Notes: generated by a model from the sequence alone, not told the origin. 50,400 nt of DNA from a virus (IMGVR_UViG_3300007734_000718:1-50400); one strand, 5' to 3'. Positions 18,726-28,685 are shown, counted from the first letter of the stretch. Program-made: numbers and translations.

Positions 18726-21700
18726 ATGGGAACCAGCGCCCTTGATGACGTGCTGGGTCGTTCGCAAAGCCGCAAGCAAACGGCCCTTGATGAAGTGCTG
18801 GATACCGCGCCATCACCTGAGCGCGTGTACGGCAGTGCAACCCCTGCCAAGCCTATTACTATCACGGCGCAGGCTCCGTCTGCGCTAGAACAGGGGTTGG
18901 CGCGGCGAATGTCACCAACCGCCGCGCAAGCCGCCCAAGACCGCGACGAATCGCAACACGGAAGTAAAGGCAATCAGATTGCAGAATCGTTGTATGCAAC
19001 AACGCACGGCGGCACTCCGTTTCATCAAGCGCCCGCAATTCACATTGTTGCCCCGCGGCGAACGCAATTTATTGACCCGGAGCGCATCAACGCCCGCACG
19101 AATTTGGGTATGGATGCAAACTTGCGACCACGTTCAGCAGAAGATATGGCACAAGCAATGCTGGCGGGAACAGCATTGAGTACGGAAGAAGCCGCTATAC
19201 AGCCTGTTGTGGCGGCGTCTGACCTTGGCGCTCGCGTTGTGCAGGGCGGTGCAAACATCCTAAAAATGGGCGGTGTGCCCTATGCAAAGGATGTTGCAGA
19301 AGAACTGCAACGGTTTCGAGATACAGCCAATAGGATTACAAAACCGACAACCGACGTTGGCAATGTTTCGCGCACCGTTTCACGGGCGGGTGCAAACTTT
19401 TTGCCGTATATGACACTACCCCTTACCGGGGGCGCGGGGATTGCTACAATGACAGGGCTTGGCGCGCTAGAAAAAGCGTCAGATAACAACGCAACGGCGA
19501 CTGACGTACTGGAAAGTGCCGCAATAGGCGGAACGCTTGGGGCTGTTTTTGAAGGGTACAACCCAGTCAAGCGGGCTATCGCCAAGCGCCTCAATGCGTT
19601 TGCAGAAACGCGAGGATTTACGCCCGGCTGGAAGGTGCCTAGCGGTGCGCGCGACTTTGTTGCACCCACGCCAACCGTACAATACGGCGGCGCGGTTGGC
19701 CCGTTTGAACCGGAATTGTCGTCAGAGATTGTCAACAATCGCCTTGCACGGGCCGCCGAACAAGCGCCTGTTCTTGGAGCAGAAGAAATAGTACCGGGGT
19801 TGGCGTATGATGCGCGGTCGCCGCAATTGCAATCTGCGCGCAAACGGTCAATCGCCAGAACCGGAGCGCCGCTAGAATACGCACGGCGAATCGCGGTCAG
19901 CCCAGAAGAAGCGGCGCAATTGCGGCAAGCGGGAGCAGACGCCAGCAACCGTGCGCTTCCCGTCGTCAACGAAAACGCAGTTTCCGCGCTAGAAAAAGCC
20001 GCACAAGAAGGAGCAAATGCGCGCACGGCGACGCAATCTCCAATCATTCGCACTCGCACTGGCGCAATTGCACCAGAAATCTTGCAAGCATTGGGCGGAA
20101 CTGGCGCTGGAGCATTTGCCGGGGGAATGGTAGGCGATACTCCTGAAGACAGAATTCGCAATGCCGCGCTTGGCGGATTAGCGGGAGCATTTGCCCCGTC
20201 AGCAATGCGACGGTTGGTGCGCGAAGAAATTCCGTCTACGGCTGGTCAAGAATGGCTGGCGCAACAAACGGCACGGGGAGAACAGCGCGGGGTAGCATCT
20301 GCCCGTTCCGTACTTTCGCAATATCCGCTTGCGGGGTCGGCAGACTTGCTTCCTTCCGTAACGGCAATTGACAAACCGTTTCAACGGTCAGTCGCAGACT
20401 GGTTTGACCAAGCGCAAAGTGACCCAACAAATCCAGCGGTAATCTCAGCATACCGCAAAATGGCAGATGAAACGCGCCAGCAGTTTCAGCATATGCTGGA
20501 CAACGGCGTCAAGGTCGAGTTTACAGCAGAAGACCCGTATAAAAATAGCGCGGAAATGATGCGCGATTTGGCTGAAAACAATCGCCTGAAGGTGTTTTCG
20601 TCACAAGAAGGACATCATCCAATACTGTCGCCCGATGAAACCAATATGTTTCGGGCAGTCCACGACTACTTCGGTCACGCGCCTTACGGAAATCAGTTTG
20701 GCCCGATTGGAGAGGAAAACGCTTATCGCGTTCACAGCGCGATGTATTCGCCTGAAGCGCGACAAGCAATGGCGGCAGAAACACGCGCTCAAAATTCGTG
20801 GGTCAATGTTCAGCCCGAAAACATTGCAAAGCCGGGCGCACGATATGCTGACCAAAAAGCCGTATTGGTGCCGCAGGAAATGCTGGGCGATTATTCGCGC
20901 CCAAGTGGGTTCAAGGCATACGACATTGGCGGTGCGGTTGGCGATGCGTTCAAACAATGGTCGCGGCAAGACGCAACGGGACGCGCAATTCGTGGAGCTA
21001 CAATTGTAGGGACGGGCGTGGGCCTTGGGCAATCGGATGACGCCACGGCAAGAAAGATTGGCACGGCACTGATGGTGGGGGGTGGTACCTATGGGCTAGG
21101 AGGTTTCACAAGCGAAACCGGCAAAGCGTTTGGAGACCTTGCGGAACGGGTATTTGCTCCCGCATCTCGCACCGCAGAAACAGAAGCGATGTCGCACATT
21201 TTTCGTGCAAACCAAGGCGATGCTCGAAGGGCGTTTGAGCAATCTGTTGCAGGAACGGAAGATTTTGCAAAATTTCTCAATCAAAACCTCACCGCAGGCC
21301 AGCGGATGATGTACATCGATGACATTGAGAAAGGTCGCGCGTTTGCAACAAACCGGCTCAAGCAGGGCACTGGACTGATTCGGGAAATGCTGGACAATAC
21401 GCGCAATCAAATTCAAGCGTTAGATGTTGGGAAACTCAAAACATTTTACGAAAATTATTTTCCGCACATTTGGGAAGACCCCCGTAGCGTTGGACAAGCC
21501 GCGCAAGACGCGATTGCACAGGCAACGGGTCGCCGTCCTCTTGGCGGAGCAAGGTCATTTCTCAAGCAACGCACAATTACCGACACATTTAGTGGGATGT
21601 TTCCGCAGGGTGTTCCTGAAAACCTTGCACAACTAGACGAACAAGCGTTGCGGGCGGAGGTTGCACGGCAAGGCGGGTTGATGCCTCCAACGACTGACCC

Positions 21701-23519
21701 GATTCAACTGGCGCTTATCAAGACCCGCGAAATGCAAAAATTCTTGATGGATGTCAAGTCGATTCAAGATGGGGAACGGCAGGGCATTATTCAATTGGTC
21801 ACTGAACCAAGCCTCGCTCCAGAGGGATGGGTGCGTATCAACAATCCCCTTGGCACGGTTACAGGGTCACGGGATGCGGCGGGGAAAGCCGTCATTACGG
21901 GACAGTATTATGCTCCTGCTCCCGTGCAACAATTGATTGATAATTATTTGTCGCCCGGATTGCGGGGCAACAAGGCATTCGATATGTACCGTACCGTGGG
22001 AAATGGCCTCAATCAAATGCAATTGGGGTTATCGGCGTTCCATTTGGGAATGACAAGCGTTGACGCAATTGTCAGCCAAAATGCGCTGGCAATAGAAAAG
22101 CTGGCGGCGGGAGATATTGCAGACGCACTCAAGTTAGCAGTCACATCCCCTGCCGCGCCCGTCCTCAACTACCTCAGGGGCAAGCAGGTTGCAGAAGCGT
22201 ATTTGAGCAAAACAATGACGGGCAAGGGATACGATGCAATCGCGCAAGCCGTTGCTGATGCTGGTGGCGCAATGAAACAAGACTCGTTTTACAGAGGAAG
22301 TGCCCCTGAAAAAATGATTCAAGCGTGGAAACAGGGGAATATGCTTGGCGCAGTTGGCAATGCCGCGATTGCACCGTTTGAACTGGCGGCAAGGCCAATG
22401 ATGGAACATATTGTGCCAATGCAGAAACTAGGCGTGTTTGCAGATTTGGCGCAGTTTGAATTGGAGCGCCTTCCCGCGCAAGCCACAGATGCCGAACGTC
22501 GTGCGGTTTTGGCAAAAGTGTGGGATTCCGTGGACAACCGAATGGGTCAGTTGGTGTATGACAATATGTTCTGGGACAGGACGTTCAAAGATTTGGCAAT
22601 GGCCTCTACGCGCTCCGTCGGGTGGAACGTCGGCACTATTCGTGAACTTGGTGGCGCAGTCGCAGACGTTGCGACAGGCAAGGGGCTGACGCATAAAGTT
22701 GCGTATGCCGCCAGTTTGCCAATTTCCGTGGGAATGATGGGGGCGGTATATCAATATCTTGCTACCGGACAAGGGCCGCAAGAATTGAAAGATTATTTTT
22801 ATCCCAAAACCGGAACGTATGATTCAAGCGGCAACCCTAATCGAGTGCAACTGCCGTCATACATCCGCGATGTGCGCGACTATGCAACAGATGTCCCCAA
22901 GACGCTAAAACACAAAGTCCATCCGCTCCTGCAAATTGGATGGGATTGGGCCACAAATGAAGATTATCGCGGCGACCAAATCTATAATCCTGACGATAGT
23001 TATGTGCAAAATATGCAACAGGTTGGCTCGTATTTTCTCAAGAATGCGTCGCCATTTGGGATTTCCAATTTGCTTGAACAACAAAAGCGTGGCGCATCAA
23101 TAGGGCAACAAGCCGCAGGGTTTGCTGGCGTAACCGCCGCGCCTCGTGATGTGCAAATGTCACGCGCTCAGCAATTGATGTCGGTTTTGACGCGAAAGGG
23201 CGGTGGTGGATTGACGCCAGAAGATGCCGAAGCGCAACAGCAACGTCGGGATGCGTTGGCTCAACTGCGTGGTGGGAAAGACGCAAATGCCATTGACAAG
23301 GCGCTGTCGTCTGGAGCGCTTGTGCCCAAGCAATTAGAAGATTTGATGCGTCGTGCGGAAATTGACCCGTTAGAGGAAAAGTTCAAACGCCTGTCTTTGC
23401 GCGATGCAATGCGCGTGTACAAGCTGGGCGACCAGCGCGAGCAGGCGCTTTGGGCAGAGGCGCTAGACAATAAAATCAATGCCGCACTAAACGCTGGCCT
23501 TTCCATTCCCAATCCGTGA
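18726..23519 (+). CDS. Large polyvalent-type internal virion protein
   Basis: 1597 aa, last gene of the ejection cluster. Internal domain 'FRAVHDYFGH...GEENAY..H..MYS..AR.AMAAETRAQNSWVN' and a helical C-terminus reminiscent of LPD38. Confidence 0.7.
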   Translation: MGTSALDDVLGRSQSRKQTALDEVLDTAPSPERVYGSATPAKPITITAQAPSALEQGLARRMSPTAAQAAQDRDESQHGSKGNQIAESLYATTHGGTPFHQAPAIHIVAPRRTQFIDPERINARTNLGMDANLRPRSAEDMAQAMLAGTALSTEEAAIQPVVAASDLGARVVQGGANILKMGGVPYAKDVAEELQRFRDTANRITKPTTDVGNVSRTVSRAGANFLPYMTLPLTGGAGIATMTGLGALEKASDNNATATDVLESAAIGGTLGAVFEGYNPVKRAIAKRLNAFAETRGFTPGWKVPSGARDFVAPTPTVQYGGAVGPFEPELSSEIVNNRLARAAEQAPVLGAEEIVPGLAYDARSPQLQSARKRSIARTGAPLEYARRIAVSPEEAAQLRQAGADASNRALPVVNENAVSALEKAAQEGANARTATQSPIIRTRTGAIAPEILQALGGTGAGAFAGGMVGDTPEDRIRNAALGGLAGAFAPSAMRRLVREEIPSTAGQEWLAQQTARGEQRGVASARSVLSQYPLAGSADLLPSVTAIDKPFQRSVADWFDQAQSDPTNPAVISAYRKMADETRQQFQHMLDNGVKVEFTAEDPYKNSAEMMRDLAENNRLKVFSSQEGHHPILSPDETNMFRAVHDYFGHAPYGNQFGPIGEENAYRVHSAMYSPEARQAMAAETRAQNSWVNVQPENIAKPGARYADQKAVLVPQEMLGDYSRPSGFKAYDIGGAVGDAFKQWSRQDATGRAIRGATIVGTGVGLGQSDDATARKIGTALMVGGGTYGLGGFTSETGKAFGDLAERVFAPASRTAETEAMSHIFRANQGDARRAFEQSVAGTEDFAKFLNQNLTAGQRMMYIDDIEKGRAFATNRLKQGTGLIREMLDNTRNQIQALDVGKLKTFYENYFPHIWEDPRSVGQAAQDAIAQATGRRPLGGARSFLKQRTITDTFSGMFPQGVPENLAQLDEQALRAEVARQGGLMPPTTDPIQLALIKTREMQKFLMDVKSIQDGERQGIIQLVTEPSLAPEGWVRINNPLGTVTGSRDAAGKAVITGQYYAPAPVQQLIDNYLSPGLRGNKAFDMYRTVGNGLNQMQLGLSAFHLGMTSVDAIVSQNALAIEKLAAGDIADALKLAVTSPAAPVLNYLRGKQVAEAYLSKTMTGKGYDAIAQAVADAGGAMKQDSFYRGSAPEKMIQAWKQGNMLGAVGNAAIAPFELAARPMMEHIVPMQKLGVFADLAQFELERLPAQATDAERRAVLAKVWDSVDNRMGQLVYDNMFWDRTFKDLAMASTRSVGWNVGTIRELGGAVADVATGKGLTHKVAYAASLPISVGMMGAVYQYLATGQGPQELKDYFYPKTGTYDSSGNPNRVQLPSYIRDVRDYATDVPKTLKHKVHPLLQIGWDWATNEDYRGDQIYNPDDSYVQNMQQVGSYFLKNASPFGISNLLEQQKRGASIGQQAAGFAGVTAAPRDVQMSRAQQLMSVLTRKGGGGLTPEDAEAQQQRRDALAQLRGGKDANAIDKALSSGALVPKQLEDLMRRAEIDPLEEKFKRLSLRDAMRVYKLGDQREQALWAEALDNKINAALNAGLSIPNP

Positions 23520-23725
23520 TTGCAATGACGCCTGTAGAACGCTTTGACCTGTGGCTTCAGCGCCACGCCCTCACATTGTTGCTGGCGCTTGCGTGGGTGT
23601 TTCTCACAATGCAGGTGTCCAACAAAGCTGACCGTTCTGCGGTTGAGCGGCTTGAGTATAAAATGGACGCAATTCTCAAATTGTCGTGCAAGGCAAATCC
23701 CGGAGACTCTGTATGTCCACGCTAA
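23516..23725 (+). CDS. Small single-TM protein (holin/antiholin-like)
   Basis: TM segment 'ALTLLLALAWVFLTM'; at the start of the lysis cassette. Confidence 0.5.
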   Translation: MIAMTPVERFDLWLQRHALTLLLALAWVFLTMQVSNKADRSAVERLEYKMDAILKLSCKANPGDSVCPR

Positions 23726-23946
23726 TGTCGTTTTCTGCAAACTTTTTTCGCAGACACACGCCAGAAAGTATGGCGCGACTGCTGGCGTTTTGCTGGTTTC
23801 TAGTGGCGGCAGGGTATGCGACCCTAAAATCTGCGCCCGACGTAGCGATTTTTGGATTGATGTCTGCAAACTGCCTGACGTGCCTTGGGTTACGGGGTAA
23901 GCCAATGGCAGGCGAGTCTGCGGGAGCGACAGCCGATGCCAGCTAA
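23713..23946 (+). CDS. Putative holin
   Basis: GGAG RBS; two hydrophobic segments; overlaps the endolysin start. Confidence 0.5.
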   Translation: MSTLMSFSANFFRRHTPESMARLLAFCWFLVAAGYATLKSAPDVAIFGLMSANCLTCLGLRGKPMAGESAGATADAS

Positions 23947-24373
23947 TTCGGTCGATGTGGCACGGTTGTTTTTGCACATCCGCGAAGCAGGGCCAAACAC
24001 AGGTCAGCGCGTGGAAGCTATACAGAAATGGAGTGGTGGCATCGCCGGGCAATCGTGGTGCTGTTATTTTGTGACGATGGTGCTCGACTTGTGCTACGGC
24101 GGCAAGTCCCCTATCCCCCGGCAGGGCGCGTGTCAGGGGGTCTATGACTTAGCCAAGCAGAAAGGCTGGGTGACGGCGACCCCGAGCGTCGGGGACATCT
24201 ATCTGTATGTGACCGCCGCCGACGACCACGCGCATCATATTGGCCTTGTGACGGGCGTCCACCCGCTGGTCGGCATTAGCGGGAACACGTCAGCCGATGG
24301 CACCTCCAGCAACGGCGACCGTGTTGCCGAGCACGGCATTGCGGCAAAGGTTTTTGTCGCGTACCCCCGCTAA
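23936..24373 (+). CDS. CHAP/NlpC-type endolysin
   Basis: 'SWCCYFVT', 'GDIYLY', 'HHIGLV' and 'ISGNT' match the CHAP Cys/His catalytic pattern. Confidence 0.8.
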   Translation: MPANSVDVARLFLHIREAGPNTGQRVEAIQKWSGGIAGQSWCCYFVTMVLDLCYGGKSPIPRQGACQGVYDLAKQKGWVTATPSVGDIYLYVTAADDHAHHIGLVTGVHPLVGISGNTSADGTSSNGDRVAEHGIAAKVFVAYPR

Positions 24374-24380
24374 CCGAACA

Positions 24381-25871
24381 ATGACTGCTCCATACACGCA
24401 AGGTGATTGGGATTCGTTGATGCGCTTGTTGAAGGGGGGAACCCCAATTCAACCCGTGCATATCACTGCCCCAAAACCAAATCCGATTGAGCAAGCATAC
24501 GCACAAAAGCAATTGGGATTGAATGATGGACAAACGGTGCAAATGCCGAGCGCCCAGCGAATGCTGGCGTCGCAGTTAGTTGGCGGCGCGCGCGATGTAA
24601 TGCAGTCGTTCAACCCCGTAGAATGGGGCAAGCAATTTGCCGAACAAACAAACGAAGGTATTGGAAACTGGAAGTTTGGCAATAAAACGGATGCGTTGAA
24701 AAACTTCGGCGGCGCGGCATTGGCAACAGGTGGGCTAATCGGTATGCCCGAAGGTGGGGTGCTTGAAGAAGGGCTGGTACCCAAATACCGCGCAATGGCA
24801 GAGAATGCAATTGCAAAGGCAAGGGCATTTACAGCGGCGAACGATGCAAAACTTGCACAATGGGGGCAAACAAATGCTATCCCAATGTGGCATTCTTCAC
24901 CTGTGCGCGACATTGACCGATTTACGTTGTCCAAAACTGGCACCGGACAGGGCGCGGCGGTGTATGGACACGGGCTGTATCAAGCGGAATCGCCGTTGGT
25001 ATCAGGGCCGGGAGGTCAGTATGATGCAGAAATGACTAGTAGGTCGTTGACACGGGGAGACGTCCCGCTGGCAAATAGTTGGAGCCGCGATGATTTGGGC
25101 GAGGTGTTGGGACATTTGCGTGACCCGCAATCTGACTTTTCGCGTAATGACCTTGCAGAAATGTTTGCTGACCGCGATAACTTCGGGCGCACGATATTGC
25201 AACCCACAAGCGAGTATCTCAACGACATTGACGAAATTTGGCGACATCGTGGCGGCGTTTATCGCACGGCTATTCAGGCATCGCCTGAACAATTTCTCAA
25301 CCTTGATGCGCCATTTAGCTATCAACCGCCGCCTGTGCAGGAAGCCTTGCAACGGTTGACCGTTCGACGACCGCGTGAGTTTGGTGCAGGAAGTAGAAAC
25401 TATGGCAATCTAAAAAACTTGCTTAGTGACCAATTGCAAGACGGCACTTACGGTCACGAAATTTACAACACCGTAGATAATTTGATGCAGGCCGATGAGT
25501 TCCCCGGCTATGGCAATCATCAAAAACCTGCGGGTGCCCGTGCCAGCGACGCCTTGGCGCGGCGTGGCGTTGTGGGCAATATCTATTGGGATGGGCAAAG
25601 CCGGTATGTGCCGCACGATATTGGCACCGCACTTCAAAGCATAAAAGAAAATATGCCTTTTGTGACTTCGCAAATTGAACAACATCGACTTGCATCGCTA
25701 CGCACCATTGAAAGCGAAGCCGCCAAAATTGACGGGTTGGTCAAATGGCCTATAACGCGCAATACTGCAACCTTTTCCCCATCGCGCATCAAGATTCTAG
25801 AAAAACTTGGGTTGCTCGGTCTTGTGGGTGGCGCATCTCAAATTCCCCAATTGCCAAACAACCAACCGTGA
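24381..25871 (+). CDS. Polyvalent-protein-type ADP-ribosyltransferase-like domain protein
   Basis: 'WHSSP..IDRF....TGTGQGAAVYGHGLYQAE' and 'ASDALARRGVVGNIYWD' resemble the ART-PolyVal-like domain of phage polyvalent proteins. Confidence 0.6.
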   Translation: MTAPYTQGDWDSLMRLLKGGTPIQPVHITAPKPNPIEQAYAQKQLGLNDGQTVQMPSAQRMLASQLVGGARDVMQSFNPVEWGKQFAEQTNEGIGNWKFGNKTDALKNFGGAALATGGLIGMPEGGVLEEGLVPKYRAMAENAIAKARAFTAANDAKLAQWGQTNAIPMWHSSPVRDIDRFTLSKTGTGQGAAVYGHGLYQAESPLVSGPGGQYDAEMTSRSLTRGDVPLANSWSRDDLGEVLGHLRDPQSDFSRNDLAEMFADRDNFGRTILQPTSEYLNDIDEIWRHRGGVYRTAIQASPEQFLNLDAPFSYQPPPVQEALQRLTVRRPREFGAGSRNYGNLKNLLSDQLQDGTYGHEIYNTVDNLMQADEFPGYGNHQKPAGARASDALARRGVVGNIYWDGQSRYVPHDIGTALQSIKENMPFVTSQIEQHRLASLRTIESEAAKIDGLVKWPITRNTATFSPSRIKILEKLGLLGLVGGASQIPQLPNNQP

Positions 25872-26500
25872 CCGTATTGCGTTGGCTGGCTATTACGCTA
25901 ATGCTGGCGTTAGCGTTGACGGTGTATCGGCTAGAGTCTGCAAGCCAGCAGGCGCTGGTGCGGGCGGAACACGTCGCAGACTCCAGTCACGCCGTTGCAA
26001 TGCGGGCGGTGAGTCTGCAAAAGCGGGCGGAGCAGGCGTTAGTTGGGCGTTATGCGACGGCGCAGGCTCACGCCAGCGTCTCTGTCGCAGACTTTCAGGC
26101 GATGTTGCAGACTCTCTCGCAGACTGTCGCAGACTCCGTTGCAGACTCTCGGTTGCCGGTATTGGGCAACCCGCCGGGTTTGACAATTGTGGGTCTGCCA
26201 CTGGCTCCGCTTGACACGGTTGTGACGCTGGGGTATGTTCGCAGACTCGCAGATGCAGGGCAGGCGGCAGTCGATAGCCTATTGACCGAGCGGTCAGTAG
26301 CGGTGTCGCGTATTGGGGTTTTGGTGGCGCTTGCCGCCGCGCAAGATACGGCGCTGGTTCGTGCGGATACGCTGATTGCGGCGAACCGTCGGCTGGTTGC
26401 CTTGCCGTGCCGTGTGCTGGGGATGCCGTGCCCGTCGCGGCGTGTTAGTTTTGGGTTGGGCGTAGCCATTCCCGTATTCGTGCGATTACTACTGCGATGA
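25868..26500 (+). CDS. Spanin-like membrane protein
   Basis: GTGA overlap; N-terminal TM, helical body, C-terminal hydrophobic segment; near the endolysin. Confidence 0.5.
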   Translation: MTVLRWLAITLMLALALTVYRLESASQQALVRAEHVADSSHAVAMRAVSLQKRAEQALVGRYATAQAHASVSVADFQAMLQTLSQTVADSVADSRLPVLGNPPGLTIVGLPLAPLDTVVTLGYVRRLADAGQAAVDSLLTERSVAVSRIGVLVALAAAQDTALVRADTLIAANRRLVALPCRVLGMPCPSRRVSFGLGVAIPVFVRLLLR

Positions 26501-26829
26501 CCAAGTGCGCCGCGACACGCTGGCCTGCCATTCCCCGCACTATTCGCGGGGCGGGTGGCCCTATCCGGGTGCGCCAAATCCTGCGGGTGCGGTCTGAGGG
26601 CGAGGAATGCTGGGGGACGTGGAGTGCGGAGGAACGCATCATCCGCATCGAGCGGGGCGCAAAAGCCGAGCATAAATGGCGGGTGTTCTTTCACGAATGG
26701 GCACACGCCGCCCTTGATGATGCGGGAGTTTCTAACTTATTTTCGTTGGATGGCAACGAAACGCTGTGTGATGCGATTGCGTCGGCGCGTGTGCAAGAAA
26801 TGCGTGGCACACTAGGATTGACGGAGTAG
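26497..26829 (+). CDS. Small HExxH zinc metallopeptidase-like protein
   Basis: 'I.IER...VFFHEWAHAALD...E.LCD'. Confidence 0.65.
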   Translation: MTKCAATRWPAIPRTIRGAGGPIRVRQILRVRSEGEECWGTWSAEERIIRIERGAKAEHKWRVFFHEWAHAALDDAGVSNLFSLDGNETLCDAIASARVQEMRGTLGLTE

Positions 26830-26907
26830 CACACCCCGTGGGCCTACACGGGTGATGCACCGGTTTGGGGCGCGGCGCTCAACAGGTCGGACGCGCCAAG
26901 AATAGCA

Positions 26908-26941
26908 CAAGCCCCGCCACAAAACACGTTGGCGGGGCTTG
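26908..26941. terminator. Hairpin between the converging late operon and tRNA
   Basis: CAAGCCCCGCCA-loop-TGGCGGGGCTTG, perfect 12-bp stem. Confidence 0.7.
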
Positions 26942-26955
26942 TTGTGTGGGTGTCA

Positions 26956-27026
26956 TTCCCCGCCGTGGACTCGAACCACGATTCACGGCTCCAAAGGCCG
27001 CTGTCCTGCCATTAGACGAACGGGGA
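26956..27026 (-). tRNA. trnQ: tRNA-Gln (anticodon TTG), CCA not encoded
   Basis: Reverse complement TCCCCGTTCGTCTAATGGCAGGACAGCGGCCTTTGGAGCCGTGAATCGTGGTTCGAGTCCACGGCGGGGAA folds as a cloverleaf with a GTTCGAG T-loop. Confidence 0.95.
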
Positions 27027-27044
27027 TTGCCTCTGCGTTGTCAT

Positions 27045-27073
27045 ATAATAGAGGTGTGCCAGAGCAACCGCAA
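27045..27073 (-). promoter_or_regulatory. Sigma70-like promoter for tRNA-Gln
   Basis: Minus strand TTGCGG-17 bp-TATTAT. Confidence 0.65.
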
Positions 27074-27082
27074 GCGGGGGTA

Positions 27083-27111
27083 TTGACACGCCGTTGCGTT
27101 GGTGGTAGACT
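27083..27111 (+). promoter_or_regulatory. Sigma70-like promoter for the replication operon
   Basis: TTGACA-17 bp-TAGACT, back-to-back with the tRNA promoter. Confidence 0.8.
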
Positions 27112-27157
27112 AGTGGCGCGGCACTCACGCCGCATCACTTTTTCAGAGGACACCACA

Positions 27158-27628
27158 ATGGCGATTCACAAGCTCGCAAACGGCCCCATCACAATGACCA
27201 TCGCGTCGGTCGCGGCAAAAGAGGGCAACTTTGGGCCGCAGTTTTGTTTTACGGGGATTGACGGGACGGACGTGTATGTATCCGAGACGGCTGGCGAACA
27301 GCAGTTGGGGCGGCTCAACCTGTCCATTGAATCCTGTATTGGCGCGACCATTACGATGGGGCAAGTCAAGAAAGATAACAAGACGTTCACGAACTTTGCA
27401 TTGGCGAGCGCCGATGCCGCTGGGACTCCTGCGCCTGTTGCCGCGACTCCCGTGCCTACCGCGCCAAAGATGACGCTGGAGGAATTGGTCGCGCTGTATA
27501 GCCAGTGTGTGCAGAACAGCGTGATGATTCTGGGCGCGCAGTGCGAGGCGGCGGGGATTCCGATGGATGCCAGCGCGATTCAGGCGGGTGCCGCGACGTT
27601 GTTTATTGCCGCGCGGAACGTCAAGTGA
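27158..27628 (+). CDS. Putative ssDNA-binding / recombination accessory protein
   Basis: GAGGA RBS; beta-rich N-domain ('EGNFGPQFCFT'); first gene of the operon, ahead of the exonuclease. Function inferred from context. Confidence 0.45.
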   Translation: MAIHKLANGPITMTIASVAAKEGNFGPQFCFTGIDGTDVYVSETAGEQQLGRLNLSIESCIGATITMGQVKKDNKTFTNFALASADAAGTPAPVAATPVPTAPKMTLEELVALYSQCVQNSVMILGAQCEAAGIPMDASAIQAGAATLFIAARNVK

Positions 27629-27822
27629 GCGACGAACAGACCATCGAGTTAGTCGCCCTGCGAACGGATGTCGAGGACATCAAAGCCGTGTGCGTGGAGT
27701 TGCAGGGGCAGACGATGCGAATGCTTTCGTATATAGTAGAGCAGGGTCGGATGCTGGAGACGATGAACGCCATCGAAGCGCGCAACCCGATGGGCGGCAA
27801 AATTCATTTGCTGGGCGAATAA
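27625..27822 (+). CDS. Hypothetical coiled-coil protein
   Basis: GTGA and TAATG overlaps with neighbours. Confidence 0.6.
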   Translation: MSDEQTIELVALRTDVEDIKAVCVELQGQTMRMLSYIVEQGRMLETMNAIEARNPMGGKIHLLGE

Positions 27823-28685
27823 TGCCGACGATTACGAACCATTACAACCTTCCCGCCGCACTGGTCGCGGCGGTGACAAACGACCCGTACCGTGGGGGTG
27901 GCGACATTTCTGCCACCAAGCTGATTGACTCGCCCCAGCGCCGTGTGCTGGGGATGCGTCACGTCGAGGCGGTCAGCGTGGACGTGTCGGAGCGCATTTG
28001 GGCGCTATTGGGGCAAGCCGTCCATAACATTCTGGAACGGGCAGGGACGGACACGCTGGTCGAACAGCGGCTGTTTGCCGAGGTTGAGGGCTGGCAACTG
28101 TCGGGACAGTTTGACCGACTGCACTTGGGGGAGAAGACCCTAAGTGACTATAAGGTGACCAGCACCTACAAGGCAGGGGGCGACGAGCAGTGGACGCGCC
28201 AGCTCAACATTCTGCGCTGGCTGGCGCACAAGAACGGGATGGAGGTCGAGAAGCTGGAGATTGTCGCCATCTTCCGCGACCATCGTGGAAGCGAGGCGCG
28301 GCGCAATCCCGACTACCCACAGCAAGCGGCGGCGGTCATTCCCGTCCCGCTGTGGACGCTGGAGGACACCGAGGCGTTCATTCGCGAGCGGGTCACGGCG
28401 CACCAGATGGCGCAGAACGGCGTAGATACGCCCTGTACGGACGAAGACCGGTGGTACAGCGGTACGACCTATGCGTTGATGAAGAACGGCGGCAAACGGG
28501 CGCTGAAGGTCGCAGACGACGTGGCAGGCGTGGGCATCCCAAACGACGACCAGCACATCGTCACCCGTCCCGGCATCTATCGGCGGTGCGAGTCGCATTG
28601 TGACGTTTCGGCGTTTTGTTCCCAGTGGCAACAGCACCTTGTGCAAATGGGAGGGAATAATGCGCCAGTCACGGACGCCGAGTGA
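27822..28685 (+). CDS. PD-(D/E)XK Cas4-like exonuclease
   Basis: 'GQAVHNILE', 'E.R', 'GQFDR', 'DYKVT', 'QLN' and the C-terminal 'RCESHCDVSAFCSQW' Cys cluster. Confidence 0.8.
   Translation: MPTITNHYNLPAALVAAVTNDPYRGGGDISATKLIDSPQRRVLGMRHVEAVSVDVSERIWALLGQAVHNILERAGTDTLVEQRLFAEVEGWQLSGQFDRLHLGEKTLSDYKVTSTYKAGGDEQWTRQLNILRWLAHKNGMEVEKLEIVAIFRDHRGSEARRNPDYPQQAAAVIPVPLWTLEDTEAFIRERVTAHQMAQNGVDTPCTDEDRWYSGTTYALMKNGGKRALKVADDVAGVGIPNDDQHIVTRPGIYRRCESHCDVSAFCSQWQQHLVQMGGNNAPVTDAE

Noticed and set aside
26956-27026. tRNA as a prophage attachment site marking a boundary between two elements
   Set aside because: No integrase and no duplicated tRNA 3' end seen. The tRNA has its own promoter and terminator, with phage genes on both sides.
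27822-28685. Cas4-like gene as part of a CRISPR-Cas system
   Set aside because: No other cas genes or repeat-spacer array; it sits in a recombination/replication operon.
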